Assembly: GCA_001820485.1 (NCBI GenBank)
Contig: MHPU01000039.1
Location: forward strand, 30,904 to 94,903
Direction: 5' to 3'
Origin: Candidatus Staskawiczbacteria bacterium RIFOXYD1_FULL_32_13
GTDB taxonomy: Bacteria > Patescibacteriota > Minisyncoccia > Minisyncoccales > Staskawiczbacteraceae
Length of the DNA stretch: 64,000 nt
Shown here: positions 18,794 to 27,826 of the stretch, in pieces
How positions within the stretch are numbered: position 1 is the stretch's first letter
Layout of the letters: the number at the start of each line of letters is the position of its first letter
Notes under the pieces: model-generated
Seen by the model: only the letters and a program-made list of their open reading frames with translations
The model's database searches: none
What the model was told of the DNA's origin: nothing
Made by a program: the position numbers and the translations under genes

Positions 18794-19804
18794 ATGAAAC
18801 CAATTAAATGTCCAAAATGTAATGCAGTGCAGGAAGAAATAAATAATGCAGAAGATATGTGCGAGTTGCTTGGGTTAGATGCAAGTGAGCGAGAAAATAA
18901 AACTTGGTGGTGTGGGAAATGCAGTTATTTTTTTAATGACGACGAAGCAGAATTTGAGATTGATGAATATGATCTTAAAAATATGAGATTAAGTCAAATT
19001 TCTGATTTAATTTATAGAAACTGGAATAATATGCCACTGAATGCTTATCGTTATGTTGAGGCAATGTTTCAGCTTGATAATATAAATGAAAGTTTTAATA
19101 ATGAAACAGGAGTTGAAATTATCTCATATTTTTTAGCAAATGCTAAAAGTTGGCAGGGAGATGTTGCAAAAGATGTTAAACAATACTTAAATAATTTAAT
19201 TAAAAATAATGGAAAAATGGAGGAACAATCAAAGGTTCAAGAAAGTCAGCAAGCGAAAAATAATCCGCCACCAATTACAAAATGTATAAAATGTTCAGCA
19301 GAGTTTTTTGCGTTTCATAAAAATTTTAGATGTCCTAATTGCAACGAATTAACAAGAGATTTTTTTGATTATATCCCTTATCTTATGGATATAATGCAAC
19401 GCAACAAACAAAAACACGGAAAGTATAAAATAAAGGACGATTATGATAATCATTCAGAATATCTTGAAAAACATATTTTTGATATTCTTGATATTCTTGA
19501 ACAGAATAAATATGATGATCCGGAAGATTTTATAAAATGGGCTTTGAAAAAAGATAATTGGAAAAATCACGATTATTTAAGAGAGCATATACAAGCTATT
19601 ACCCTTATAATAGCAAAACAATTACAATGGCAAGGAGAAGATATAGAGGTGGAAAAACTTATGAAAGCTAAAACAGGACAACCTTTGGAATTTACTGGTT
19701 ATGAGGTTGTTGATAAAAATGGAAATGGCACTGGTAGATTTTTTGCTCGCAAAGAAGATGCTGAAGAATATCAAAAAGCTCTTTGGGGAATAGATAAAAA
19801 TTAA
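18794..19804 (+). CDS. Hypothetical protein with two CxxC...CxxC zinc-ribbon-like motifs
   Basis: The motifs are CPKCN...CGKC and CIKCS...CPNC. Confidence 0.4.
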   Translation: MKPIKCPKCNAVQEEINNAEDMCELLGLDASERENKTWWCGKCSYFFNDDEAEFEIDEYDLKNMRLSQISDLIYRNWNNMPLNAYRYVEAMFQLDNINESFNNETGVEIISYFLANAKSWQGDVAKDVKQYLNNLIKNNGKMEEQSKVQESQQAKNNPPPITKCIKCSAEFFAFHKNFRCPNCNELTRDFFDYIPYLMDIMQRNKQKHGKYKIKDDYDNHSEYLEKHIFDILDILEQNKYDDPEDFIKWALKKDNWKNHDYLREHIQAITLIIAKQLQWQGEDIEVEKLMKAKTGQPLEFTGYEVVDKNGNGTGRFFARKEDAEEYQKALWGIDKN

Positions 19805-19815
19805 AATATAAAAAT

Positions 19816-20037
19816 ATGCTTTCAGAAAAAGCGTTAGAAGATTTTAAGAAAATATTGCAGGAGGAATATAAGGAAGAAATTTCAAATGAGAGAGCAGTAG
19901 AACTTGCTATAAATTTACTTACATTTTTTGATAATGTTTATCGTCCGGTCAGAAAAGAGTGGCTTGATGAAGCAATTAAAAAAGAGAATGAAAATAAAAA
20001 TATAAAATATCCAATAAGGGAAGAGAAAATTTATTGA
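19816..20037 (+). CDS. Small hypothetical protein (paralog of 5015 and 20059)
   Basis: The N-terminus MLSEKALEDFKKILQEEYK...ERAVELAINLL shares a pattern with the other two copies. Confidence 0.35.
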   Translation: MLSEKALEDFKKILQEEYKEEISNERAVELAINLLTFFDNVYRPVRKEWLDEAIKKENENKNIKYPIREEKIY

Positions 20038-20058
20038 TAATATAAATGAAAATAAAAA

Positions 20059-20232
20059 ATGATTAAAAAAGAAACTATAAAAAAATTTCAAGAGGCTGTA
20101 AAAAAAGATTGCGGTAAAGAGTTAAATTTTGACGAAGCAGGGAAAATATTAATTGGTATCGTAAATTACCTTAGTGTGCTTGAAAAAATTTATTGCAGAA
20201 TGAAACCCAGCAGTAAGATAAAAAAGTCATAA
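20059..20232 (+). CDS. Small hypothetical protein (paralog of 5015 and 19816)
   Basis: It is 57 aa and reads MIKKETIKKFQEAVKKDCGKELNFDEAGKILIGIVNYL. Confidence 0.3.
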   Translation: MIKKETIKKFQEAVKKDCGKELNFDEAGKILIGIVNYLSVLEKIYCRMKPSSKIKKS

Positions 20233-20258
20233 ATTAAATAATAGTAAGGTTTTATTAT

Positions 20259-20287
20259 ATTGCCCGAAGGGGCATTTTTTGTTAAAA
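20259..20287 (+). terminator. Rho-independent terminator
   Basis: It is a GCCC-GAAG-GGGC hairpin followed by ATTTTTTG. Confidence 0.55.
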
Positions 20288-20317
20288 TAAATAATTAAGA
20301 AGTTATAAGATAATAAT

Positions 20318-21025
20318 ATGATTGATTTAGAGGAGTTATCAAAAGAAGATTGCGAGGATATAAAGACAATTTTAGAAACCGTTCTGAAGCAGTGTGATTT
20401 TTTGGGTGTAAAAGAAAATAGAGTATCAATTCCAATATCTGATTTTAACAATATTCCGGCTCAACGTGTGATAAATTTATGCGAAAAAATTTTTAGAGAA
20501 GAAGACGGCATAATAAGATGTAATTTCCCTGTTCCTCCAATGCGTCGTGAATATGAGGGGATATCAATAAAACCGAGAGATCCAAATTCGGTTGAGAGGG
20601 ATTTTAGGAATGAAAGCATTGAATATGAGCAAAAAAGAGATAATTTAGAGTTTTTTATAAACAGCGTTAATAAGATAAAAAAATTGTTTGAGAAAATTAA
20701 CGAAAGATCACAATATTTGATTTGTGGAAAAATAAAATTAAATATAAATACTGGTGATTGTTGTTATGCGAGAACGAATACATTTTTTAAGCCCGAGAGT
20801 GACGAATATAAATTATTAAAGGCACTTATGGAAAAACCGGAAATAATAATTAGCTATTCAGATATAAATAGTAATGTTTTGGGTCTGGATGAGGATAAAG
20901 GAAAAAATGACAGAGAAATTGGTTTTATTATGAGAAACATCAAAAAGAAATTAGAGATAATAGGAAAAATTCATAAAAATGAAAACATATTTGTTTGTAG
21001 GTTTGGCTATATGATAAGAATTTAA
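20318..21025 (+). CDS. Hypothetical protein
   Basis: It is a clean 235-aa ORF with no recognised motifs. Confidence 0.4.
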   Translation: MIDLEELSKEDCEDIKTILETVLKQCDFLGVKENRVSIPISDFNNIPAQRVINLCEKIFREEDGIIRCNFPVPPMRREYEGISIKPRDPNSVERDFRNESIEYEQKRDNLEFFINSVNKIKKLFEKINERSQYLICGKIKLNINTGDCCYARTNTFFKPESDEYKLLKALMEKPEIIISYSDINSNVLGLDEDKGKNDREIGFIMRNIKKKLEIIGKIHKNENIFVCRFGYMIRI

Positions 21026-21046
21026 TATAACAATAATCGTAGCGAA

Positions 21047-21078
21047 CGCCACCTTTTGAAGGTGGTTTTTTATTTTTG
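21047..21078 (+). terminator. Rho-independent terminator
   Basis: The stem CCACCTT/AAGGTGG has a TTG(A) loop and is followed by TTTTTTATTTTT. Confidence 0.65.
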
Positions 21079-21192
21079 TCACATATTTTCCGTATTGTTC
21101 TATCGGCATTTTACATTTTTTTCGCAAAAATATCACATATTTTCCGTTTTTAATAATCGTCAGTTTATTATAATAAATTAAAAAATATATAT

Positions 21193-21423
21193 ATGAAATA
21201 CACAGGACAATTTCCAAAATATGAGTTTAGTGAAATTCGAAGGTTAAATCCTTATTGGTCTTCGCTTGTTTGTTTTCACAAAACCATTAAGGGAAGAAAC
21301 TCATTACACCCAAGATTGATTAGAAAATGGTTCGGAAAACTTATAGATCAAGATGATTATGTAATGGAAGATAGAAACGAAGTTATCAATTATGCAATAA
21401 TGTTGGCGAGTGGTAATGCATAG
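21193..21423 (+). CDS. Hypothetical small protein
   Basis: It is a 76-aa ORF. Confidence 0.3.
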   Translation: MKYTGQFPKYEFSEIRRLNPYWSSLVCFHKTIKGRNSLHPRLIRKWFGKLIDQDDYVMEDRNEVINYAIMLASGNA

Positions 21424-21832
21424 AAGGGTAAATTCCCCTTATAGATTTAAGCAAATATCATTTATAGCAAGGGGAAAAGAGATAGGTGTGCCAAAAGTAT
21501 GTCATAAATCGTCTTGACAAGAAAATACGAAAAGTTGTTCTCAAATTATAATTATTAGAAATTTGTTTTAGCGGTTTGTTTTTATAAGAAAATAAACCAG
21601 TGAAACAAAATTTCACAAGTTGGGGAAGGGCAGATCCATACTGCTGACCGAATAACGACTATAAATAAGTTCGGTAGAGATTATGGACGACCGACCGAAG
21701 CGACCGATATACCGAATATAAAGATTTTTCGCAAAAAAAATTTTTGCAGGAAATATCTTACTTATATACTAATATTCGGGTTGAGGGAGCGAGGGAGGGA
21801 GGGGAAAAAGCAAAACACTAAAGCAAGTAATT

Positions 21833-21994
21833 ATGTCAACAAATTTACAAAAATTTAAAAGAGAAACAAAACAGATAAGAATATCTGCTGATTTGCATAA
21901 AGAAGTGAAGTTAAGATCTATTGAATGCGGAATGACGATTTCAAAATTTGTAGATAAAATAATAAAAAAATATTTTAAGCTAAATAAAAATTAA
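21833..21994 (+). CDS. Ribbon-helix-helix (CopG/Arc-like) DNA-binding protein
   Basis: It is 53 aa. KQIRISADLHKEVK is followed by two predicted helices (SIECGMTISKFVDKIIKKY), which gives the RHH beta-alpha-alpha pattern. It is below the ORF-track cutoff. Confidence 0.4.
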   Translation: MSTNLQKFKRETKQIRISADLHKEVKLRSIECGMTISKFVDKIIKKYFKLNKN

Positions 21995-22047
21995 AAACTA
22001 AATATAGGTTTTCTTAAATAATTATCGCTTTTTCAAAATCAATAATT

Positions 22048-22356
22048 ATGAATAAATCCTATGAATTTATGGAAAATAGAGAAAATAAATTAACTAATTG
22101 CAGAGATAAAATAATAATTGATGCAATTCGCGTGGAAGAAATTCAGTGTAGGGCATTAGATAATTTTGGGAGAGAGTTAACTGATATTGAGTTAAACAGG
22201 CTTTTGGTATGCGGTTGTGATGAAGAGGAGTTGTGGGGGGCAAGATTTGATTTAGTGATAAGAGCAATTTGCGAAGCAATAAACAATACAAATAATTGTT
22301 GGAAGAAAGTTGATGAAGATTATATTAAGTCTTTGGGAGAGAAAAATGGGCAATGA
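22048..22356 (+). CDS. Hypothetical protein
   Basis: It is a 102-aa ORF. Confidence 0.35.
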   Translation: MNKSYEFMENRENKLTNCRDKIIIDAIRVEEIQCRALDNFGRELTDIELNRLLVCGCDEEELWGARFDLVIRAICEAINNTNNCWKKVDEDYIKSLGEKNGQ

Positions 22357-22392
22357 TTAACTTACCCCTACAAGCTTAACTTATTAGAACTT

Positions 22393-22674
22393 ATGTCTAT
22401 TAACAAATTAAGAATTAAAAAGATAGAAAAGATTTTTAAGAATTTAGAACCCAAATATGTCTATTTTGCTGTTAGTGATGGAGTTAATCCACTTGATATT
22501 ATTGAAACTAAAAATAGGAAAACAGAGAGAATAATTAAAGGATCAAGTAAGGAGGGTCAGGAATTAGTTAAAAATTCTTTAGTGGAATATCCGGAAGTTC
22601 CGATACTTATTGTAAAAAGATGGCGAAAAACAATAGAAAATTCTAAACCGAAAATAGATTATGATAAACATTAA
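22393..22674 (+). CDS. Hypothetical protein (tandem paralog A)
   Basis: Along its whole length it resembles the next ORF (RIKK.E.I...L.P.Y.F......P..I.E.....R.I...S.EG..L.K.NLV.YP......I....W....NSKPK). Confidence 0.4.
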   Translation: MSINKLRIKKIEKIFKNLEPKYVYFAVSDGVNPLDIIETKNRKTERIIKGSSKEGQELVKNSLVEYPEVPILIVKRWRKTIENSKPKIDYDKH

Positions 22675-22936
22675 AAACAGAATTAAAAAAATGGAAAGCA
22701 TCTTGGAGGATCTTAGACCAAGATATGAATTTTCATCTGTTCAGAGTGAGGACGAGCCGTGGACTATAAAAGAAGTTATCAATGGAGAATATGGAAGAAC
22801 AATTAGTTCTGATAGTGAAGAAGGTAAGAAGCTTATAAAAGAAAATTTAGTTAAATATCCAAAAAATAATCCCATAATAATTTTAGATGATAGTAAATGG
22901 GAAAATCTAAAAAATAGCAAACCCAAACAAATATGA
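22661..22936 (+). CDS. Hypothetical protein (tandem paralog B)
   Basis: See the previous entry. The two genes overlap by 14 nt. Confidence 0.4.
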   Translation: MINIKNRIKKMESILEDLRPRYEFSSVQSEDEPWTIKEVINGEYGRTISSDSEEGKKLIKENLVKYPKNNPIIILDDSKWENLKNSKPKQI

Positions 22937-23313
22937 GAAAGAACAAAAACTCAAAACAATGTAGTTTTATAAAACCGAATGGTAAGCTCTGCGGTGCTTG
23001 GGCTATGGAGAATAGTGAGTTTTGCTTTACACATAATCCGGAAACAAAAGATTTAAGAAAAGAGGCAGTTATTAAGGGCGGAAAGGGAAATAAAAAAGAA
23101 ACTCATAGTTTAGATTTGATTAGGGTTGAGAACTCAAAAGATGTTGTTGATTTAATTGTTAAAACAGTAAATGAATTGAGAACCGGACTGATTGATGTAA
23201 GAGTTGCGAATTGCACTTTTTATGGGAGTGGTCAGCTGATTAAAGCTTTAGAAACTTCTGATTTGGAAAAAAGGCTTGAAGAGATTGAGAAAATACTTGA
23301 AGAAAAAAAATAA
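22933..23313 (+). CDS. Hypothetical protein with N-terminal Cys cluster
   Basis: It contains CSFIKPNGKLCGAW...FCFTHNP. Confidence 0.35.
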   Translation: MRKNKNSKQCSFIKPNGKLCGAWAMENSEFCFTHNPETKDLRKEAVIKGGKGNKKETHSLDLIRVENSKDVVDLIVKTVNELRTGLIDVRVANCTFYGSGQLIKALETSDLEKRLEEIEKILEEKK

Positions 23314-23326
23314 CAAAAATTGTTAA

Positions 23327-23524
23327 TTGAAAATGAATATAGAAGAAATCAAAGAAATTATGCAATCCCCAAAACCTATAACGAAAGGAATGAAAATAAT
23401 TATTCAGTTGACTGATAAGTATGTTGATTTCGCTGATTTTATAAACGAAGTTATTGATTTTGAAGGTTCAAAAGTAAACCCAGAAATATATAAAAAATTA
23501 ACAGGTAAACAAAAGCCCCCATAA
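23327..23524 (+). CDS. Hypothetical small protein
   Basis: It is a 65-aa ORF. Confidence 0.3.
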   Translation: MKMNIEEIKEIMQSPKPITKGMKIIIQLTDKYVDFADFINEVIDFEGSKVNPEIYKKLTGKQKPP

Positions 23525-23633
23525 AAAATAATAGATTTGTAAAGGAGAAATCAGAAACAAATAAACGACCGCTTTGTTTACAAAGTAAAAGCAAAACTTG
23601 ACACGCACATTTATAATTTGTTATGATTAAGTT

Positions 23634-23749
23634 GTTAAGGTTAATCGGGTTTAGCGTGGGGAATTTTATTTATTAAAAATAGAATATCAACAGGGGCTGA
23701 AAGCCGGTTAACCTTAACAATTAACCCTTCGCTTTTCAGCCCCTTTTGG
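23634..23749. promoter_or_regulatory. Candidate res/recombination site upstream of the resolvase
   Basis: GTTAAGGTTAATCGG (23634-48) and CCGGTTAACCTTAAC (23704-18) form a 15-bp inverted repeat with one mismatch. A 12-bp-stem hairpin GGGGCTGAAAGC/GCTTTTCAGCCCC spans 23693-23743. Confidence 0.4.
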
Positions 23750-23760
23750 TTTGTAAAAAT

Positions 23761-24309
23761 ATGCAAAACAATAAATGTGTTCTTTATACGAGAGTGTCAA
23801 AAAATGACGAAAGTCAAAATCCCGAAAATCAAAAAGAGCCGTTAAAGAATTTCGCTGGATTATTGGGATTAGAAATTGTTGGGGAATATGTTGATATGGC
23901 TTCGGGTGGAAATTCAAATAGACCAAAGTTTCAAGAAATGTTAAAAGACGCAAGGGAAAGAAAATTTGGCACAATTTTAGTTTGGAGTTTGGACAGATTT
24001 TCAAGAGAGGGGATTAGTAATACTTTGCATTATTTAGAAGAGTTAAAAAGATCCGGAGTGGCTTTGAAGAGTTTGCAGGAGAGTTGGCTTGATACTTCAG
24101 ATAATGGAATGGGGCAACTTTTAATAGCCATATTCAGTTGGGTAGCAAAACAGGAAAGAGAAAGAATATCAGAAAGAACCAAAGCAGGGCTTGTGCGAGC
24201 AAAGGCAAATGGCAAATTATTAGGTCGTAGATTTGGATCAAAAGATAAGGGTCGTAGAAAAAAGTCGGGCTACCTTTTAAGGTGGCAAAATAAAAAAGTT
24301 TTAATTTAA
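23761..24309 (+). CDS. Small serine recombinase (resolvase/invertase family)
   Basis: The catalytic N-terminus reads VLYTRVSKNDESQNPENQ, and the SxDRxSREG motif is LDRFSREG. I prefer the ATG at 23761 to the TTG at 23746 used by the ORF track. Confidence 0.8.
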   Translation: MQNNKCVLYTRVSKNDESQNPENQKEPLKNFAGLLGLEIVGEYVDMASGGNSNRPKFQEMLKDARERKFGTILVWSLDRFSREGISNTLHYLEELKRSGVALKSLQESWLDTSDNGMGQLLIAIFSWVAKQERERISERTKAGLVRAKANGKLLGRRFGSKDKGRRKKSGYLLRWQNKKVLI

Positions 24310-24311
24310 TT

Positions 24312-25934
24312 ATGGAAACAATTAGTGGAATTTATTTAAGGGTCAGCACAGAAGATCAACACCCGGAAAATCAAATAGCAGATTTAAAAAAACTTGCAGA
24401 CGCTTTGCATTGCAAAGTATTTGAAACTTATGTAGATAGGGAGTCCGGTCAATATTCGGACAGAAAAGAATTTCAAAGAATGATAAACGATGCAGAAGCG
24501 GGGAAATTCAAAATACTTTTTATATGGGCATTAGATAGATTTTCAAGAGAAGGAATAAAGGCAACATTAACTCATATTGAGAGGTTAAAGGATGTTGGTG
24601 TTGCTATTAAATCATATCAGGAGTCTTGGCTTGATACCTCAAACGAAGGGATTTGGCAACTCTTGGTGGCTGTTATGTCTTGGGCGGCGAAAGAAGAACT
24701 TAAAAGATTTAAAGAACGATCAATGGCTGGAAAGAGAACAATGTTGAACGCAGGTAGGCTTATCGGTTGCACTCCGCCATATGGTAGGAAATATATCAAA
24801 AGAGATAGAGAAAAAGGAGTTGACGGTCGTTTTGAACGAAATGAAGCAGAAATTGAAATTATCAACAAAATTTATAAATGGTATTTAGAATTAGAAAGCA
24901 TTTTTTTGGTAGCCAAAAGATTATACGATATGGGAATTAAAGCAAGGAATGGAAAGTTTTTTCACGCTTCAACGGTTAGGAAAATTTTAACAAGCGAAAG
25001 TAATATAGGTAATTTTTATTATGGGAAAAGTCGTGCTTGCGAAGCAAAATATCATATTCATAAGGTTAGGAAATATAAATTATCCGGAAGGAAAAAGAAC
25101 CCAAAATCGGAATATAAATTGATAAAAATTGAGCCAATTATTGACGAGGCTATATTTCGGGAAGTGCAAAATGTAATTAAAAAAAGAGGAAGAAAAGATA
25201 TGAGAATAAGACAATCTAAATATGAATTTTTATGTCAGGGTTTGGTAAGGTGTATTTATTGTGGGAGAATTTATGGAACTAAAATTCAAAATAAGCACTA
25301 TCAACTTTATGCTTGTCCTCAAAGGCGATTTTCTAATTTTAATGATCCGTTTTGTAAGGCAAGGTCAATATCAAGTAGGAAATTAGATGGCGAGGTTTGG
25401 AATTATGTGAAAGGTTTGATTGAAAATGAGAAACTAATAAAGGAAAAGATAAAATTTTCAAAAGACCGTCGAGAAAAAGATAAGGTAAGCAATCAAAAGA
25501 GGTGCGATATATTGATAAACGAAAAGAGTTTAATTAAAAATAAAAAAAATAAGTTATTTGAATTATATTCTGAAACACAAATATCAGAAGCGACAAAACA
25601 AGATATTAAAAATAAATTGAAAGATTTTGAGGATAGGGAAGCGAGTTTAGATAATCAAATATTGGAAAATAAAAAGAAAATGACAGATTTCTATAATATG
25701 GAAGTTTTAGAAACAGAAATTGAGAGAATATGCAATATATATCGTGGTAAACTTAATAATCCGGATTTTGAACTAAAGAGATATATTACAAGAAGGTGGG
25801 TTGAAGAAATAAATATTTTAAAGGATGGATCTGTTGTTATAAAAATGAAAGTCCCGTTTGAATTGCCTGATAACATTATAAAAGGCGAGCAGAACATTCA
25901 CTGCATAAGGAGAGCAAGAAAGGATAATTTATAA
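24312..25934 (+). CDS. Large serine recombinase (serine integrase family)
   Basis: It has the resolvase N-terminus (IYLRVSTEDQHPENQ, DRFSREG) and a recombinase domain. A zinc ribbon (CIYCGRIY...YACPQRR) and a C-terminal coiled coil follow. Confidence 0.85.
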   Translation: METISGIYLRVSTEDQHPENQIADLKKLADALHCKVFETYVDRESGQYSDRKEFQRMINDAEAGKFKILFIWALDRFSREGIKATLTHIERLKDVGVAIKSYQESWLDTSNEGIWQLLVAVMSWAAKEELKRFKERSMAGKRTMLNAGRLIGCTPPYGRKYIKRDREKGVDGRFERNEAEIEIINKIYKWYLELESIFLVAKRLYDMGIKARNGKFFHASTVRKILTSESNIGNFYYGKSRACEAKYHIHKVRKYKLSGRKKNPKSEYKLIKIEPIIDEAIFREVQNVIKKRGRKDMRIRQSKYEFLCQGLVRCIYCGRIYGTKIQNKHYQLYACPQRRFSNFNDPFCKARSISSRKLDGEVWNYVKGLIENEKLIKEKIKFSKDRREKDKVSNQKRCDILINEKSLIKNKKNKLFELYSETQISEATKQDIKNKLKDFEDREASLDNQILENKKKMTDFYNMEVLETEIERICNIYRGKLNNPDFELKRYITRRWVEEINILKDGSVVIKMKVPFELPDNIIKGEQNIHCIRRARKDNL

Positions 25935-26039
25935 TAATTATTGTGTGGTAAAACACTTCTATACATCTATGCGTAGAAGTGTTTTTGTTTTTAAGATTGA
26001 AAAATTAAAAATTTTGTGTTATATTTTAATTAAGAAACG

Positions 26040-26110
26040 GGGGACTTAGTTTAGTGGTAAAATGACTGTCTCCAAAACAGTAGATAGGGGTTCGATTCCC
26101 TTAGTCCCCG
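26040..26110 (+). tRNA. tRNA-Trp (CCA)
   Basis: The acceptor stem is GGGGACT/AGTCCCC. The anticodon stem ACTGT/ACAGT carries the loop CTCCAAA. The T loop is GGTTCGATTCC. No CCA is encoded. Confidence 0.85.
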
Positions 26111-26123
26111 CTAATTTTATAAA

Positions 26124-26444
26124 ATGTTAAGTAAAAATGAAAAGAGTCCCAATTTACCGATTAATGATTTGATTCTGTATTGCATACATTCAATAGTTTC
26201 AAATAATGAAGAGTGTAGTTTTGATAGATTGCTAAAAGAATGTTTTACATTATTTCCAGAATCAATAGAATTTCAAAGATATCCAATTTGGCCAGATTCA
26301 AGAAAATTAGATAGGCCATTAAGATTTTTAAGAAATCAGCGCTTAATAATTGGAGAGCCAAAAACCTTTTTTATACTAACTTTAGAGGGAAAGAAAAAGG
26401 CAATTGAATTAAGTAGATTATTAAAACAAGGAAAACTATTATAA
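26124..26444 (+). CDS. Hypothetical protein
   Basis: It is a 106-aa ORF. Confidence 0.35.
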   Translation: MLSKNEKSPNLPINDLILYCIHSIVSNNEECSFDRLLKECFTLFPESIEFQRYPIWPDSRKLDRPLRFLRNQRLIIGEPKTFFILTLEGKKKAIELSRLLKQGKLL

Positions 26445-27445
26445 TGAATAAAATTTCTAAAATATTTTATGGATTATTGTTTGTAATATTTTTTGCAGTG
26501 ATTTTGTTTTGGTATGAAATTTATATTCCAAATGATTTATTTACAGGAAAAATAATAAATTATAAAGCGGAAAGGGGCCTTGGGGATGATGAGATTGCTG
26601 TTGAATTGCAAAAGCAAGATATTATAAAAAGTAATTTATTTTTTAGATTTTATGTTATCTTCTCAGGGAATCATGGTAAAATTCAAGCAGGAAATTATGT
26701 TTTAGGTTCTAATATGTCTGTAGCCCAAATTGTAGAGAAATTTGTTTTAGGAGATGTTATTAAAGATGAAATTACAATTATTGAGGGGTGGAATTTAAAT
26801 GACATCCAAAATTATTTATTCGAGAAGAAAGTTTGCAATAAAGAAGATTTCCTAGAAATTGTTGCGAGAGATTTTAGTAATGAATTTATATTTTTAGAGG
26901 ATAAGCCAAAAAATGTAGATTTAGAAGGATATATTTTCCCAGATACTTATGAAATATTAACTGGCGAAAGTTGTGAACAAATTATTAAAAAAACTTTAGT
27001 AAATTTTGGAAAAAAATTAGATTATAAATTACAAGAAGAAATAATAAAACAAAAAAGAAATATTTTTGATGTAGTTGTTTTAGCTTCTATAATAGAAAAA
27101 GAAGTAATAACTATTGAAGATAAAAAAATAGTAGCTGGGATTTTAAATAATAGACTTGAGAGTGGTATGCCCTTGCAGGTTGATTCTACAATAAATTATA
27201 TTACAGGTAAAAATCATCCAGGGGCCTTAATTATAGATACAAAAATAGATTCGCCATATAATACTTACAAATATGCAGGTTTGCCTTTGGGCCCTATTTC
27301 AAACCCTGGCCTTGATTCAATAAAAGCTGTTATTTATCCTACAGAAAGTAATTATTTTTATTATTTGTCTACAAAAGATGGCAAAACAATTTTTAGCAAA
27401 ACATTAGATGAACATAACATTGCTCGCGCAAAGTATTTAAGATAA
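26444..27445 (+). CDS. mltG: Endolytic murein transglycosylase (YceG family)
   Basis: There is an N-terminal TM. The YceG-like core reads GNYVLGSNMSVAQIVEK...IIEGW...ASIIEKE...LQVDSTINY...YNTY. Confidence 0.75.
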   Translation: MNKISKIFYGLLFVIFFAVILFWYEIYIPNDLFTGKIINYKAERGLGDDEIAVELQKQDIIKSNLFFRFYVIFSGNHGKIQAGNYVLGSNMSVAQIVEKFVLGDVIKDEITIIEGWNLNDIQNYLFEKKVCNKEDFLEIVARDFSNEFIFLEDKPKNVDLEGYIFPDTYEILTGESCEQIIKKTLVNFGKKLDYKLQEEIIKQKRNIFDVVVLASIIEKEVITIEDKKIVAGILNNRLESGMPLQVDSTINYITGKNHPGALIIDTKIDSPYNTYKYAGLPLGPISNPGLDSIKAVIYPTESNYFYYLSTKDGKTIFSKTLDEHNIARAKYLR

Positions 27446-27449
27446 AAAA

Positions 27450-27755
27450 ATGATTCTAAATTTAACTTCAGATTCAATTTTTTTAATATTTGGTTTTCTG
27501 GGATATGTTATTGGAAGATGGGGAGATAATCATTTAAATTTTTTGATGAGAGATCCTTGGTGGACGCCTCATCATTGGATATATGGGTTTTTACTAATGA
27601 TTATTAGTTTCTATTTTTTTCATGAATTTTGGTTGCAAATATTTTCTTTTGGGCTTGGATTATTTGTAAGTGATTTAAAAGATTTTTTACATTTTAGAAT
27701 TTTAGGTTCTGATAAGAAAATTAAGGAAAATGTTAAATTTTGGCACATTGATTAA
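27450..27755 (+). CDS. Small membrane protein
   Basis: It has three hydrophobic segments. Confidence 0.35.
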   Translation: MILNLTSDSIFLIFGFLGYVIGRWGDNHLNFLMRDPWWTPHHWIYGFLLMIISFYFFHEFWLQIFSFGLGLFVSDLKDFLHFRILGSDKKIKENVKFWHID

Positions 27756-27826
27756 AAAATAATTATGATTATTATATAACATAAACAAAAAGCACTTAAT
27801 TGGTGCTTTTTTGATTTTCTAAATAT

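Noticed and set aside
23598-23617. TTGACA...TATAAT pair upstream of the recombinase block
   Set aside because: The spacer is only 8 nt, so it is not a functional sigma70 promoter geometry.
23746-23760. TTG start (MVCKN...) for the small serine recombinase
   Set aside because: The ATG at 23761 begins directly at the conserved catalytic N-terminus (MQNNKCVLYTRVS). The extra five residues are not supported.
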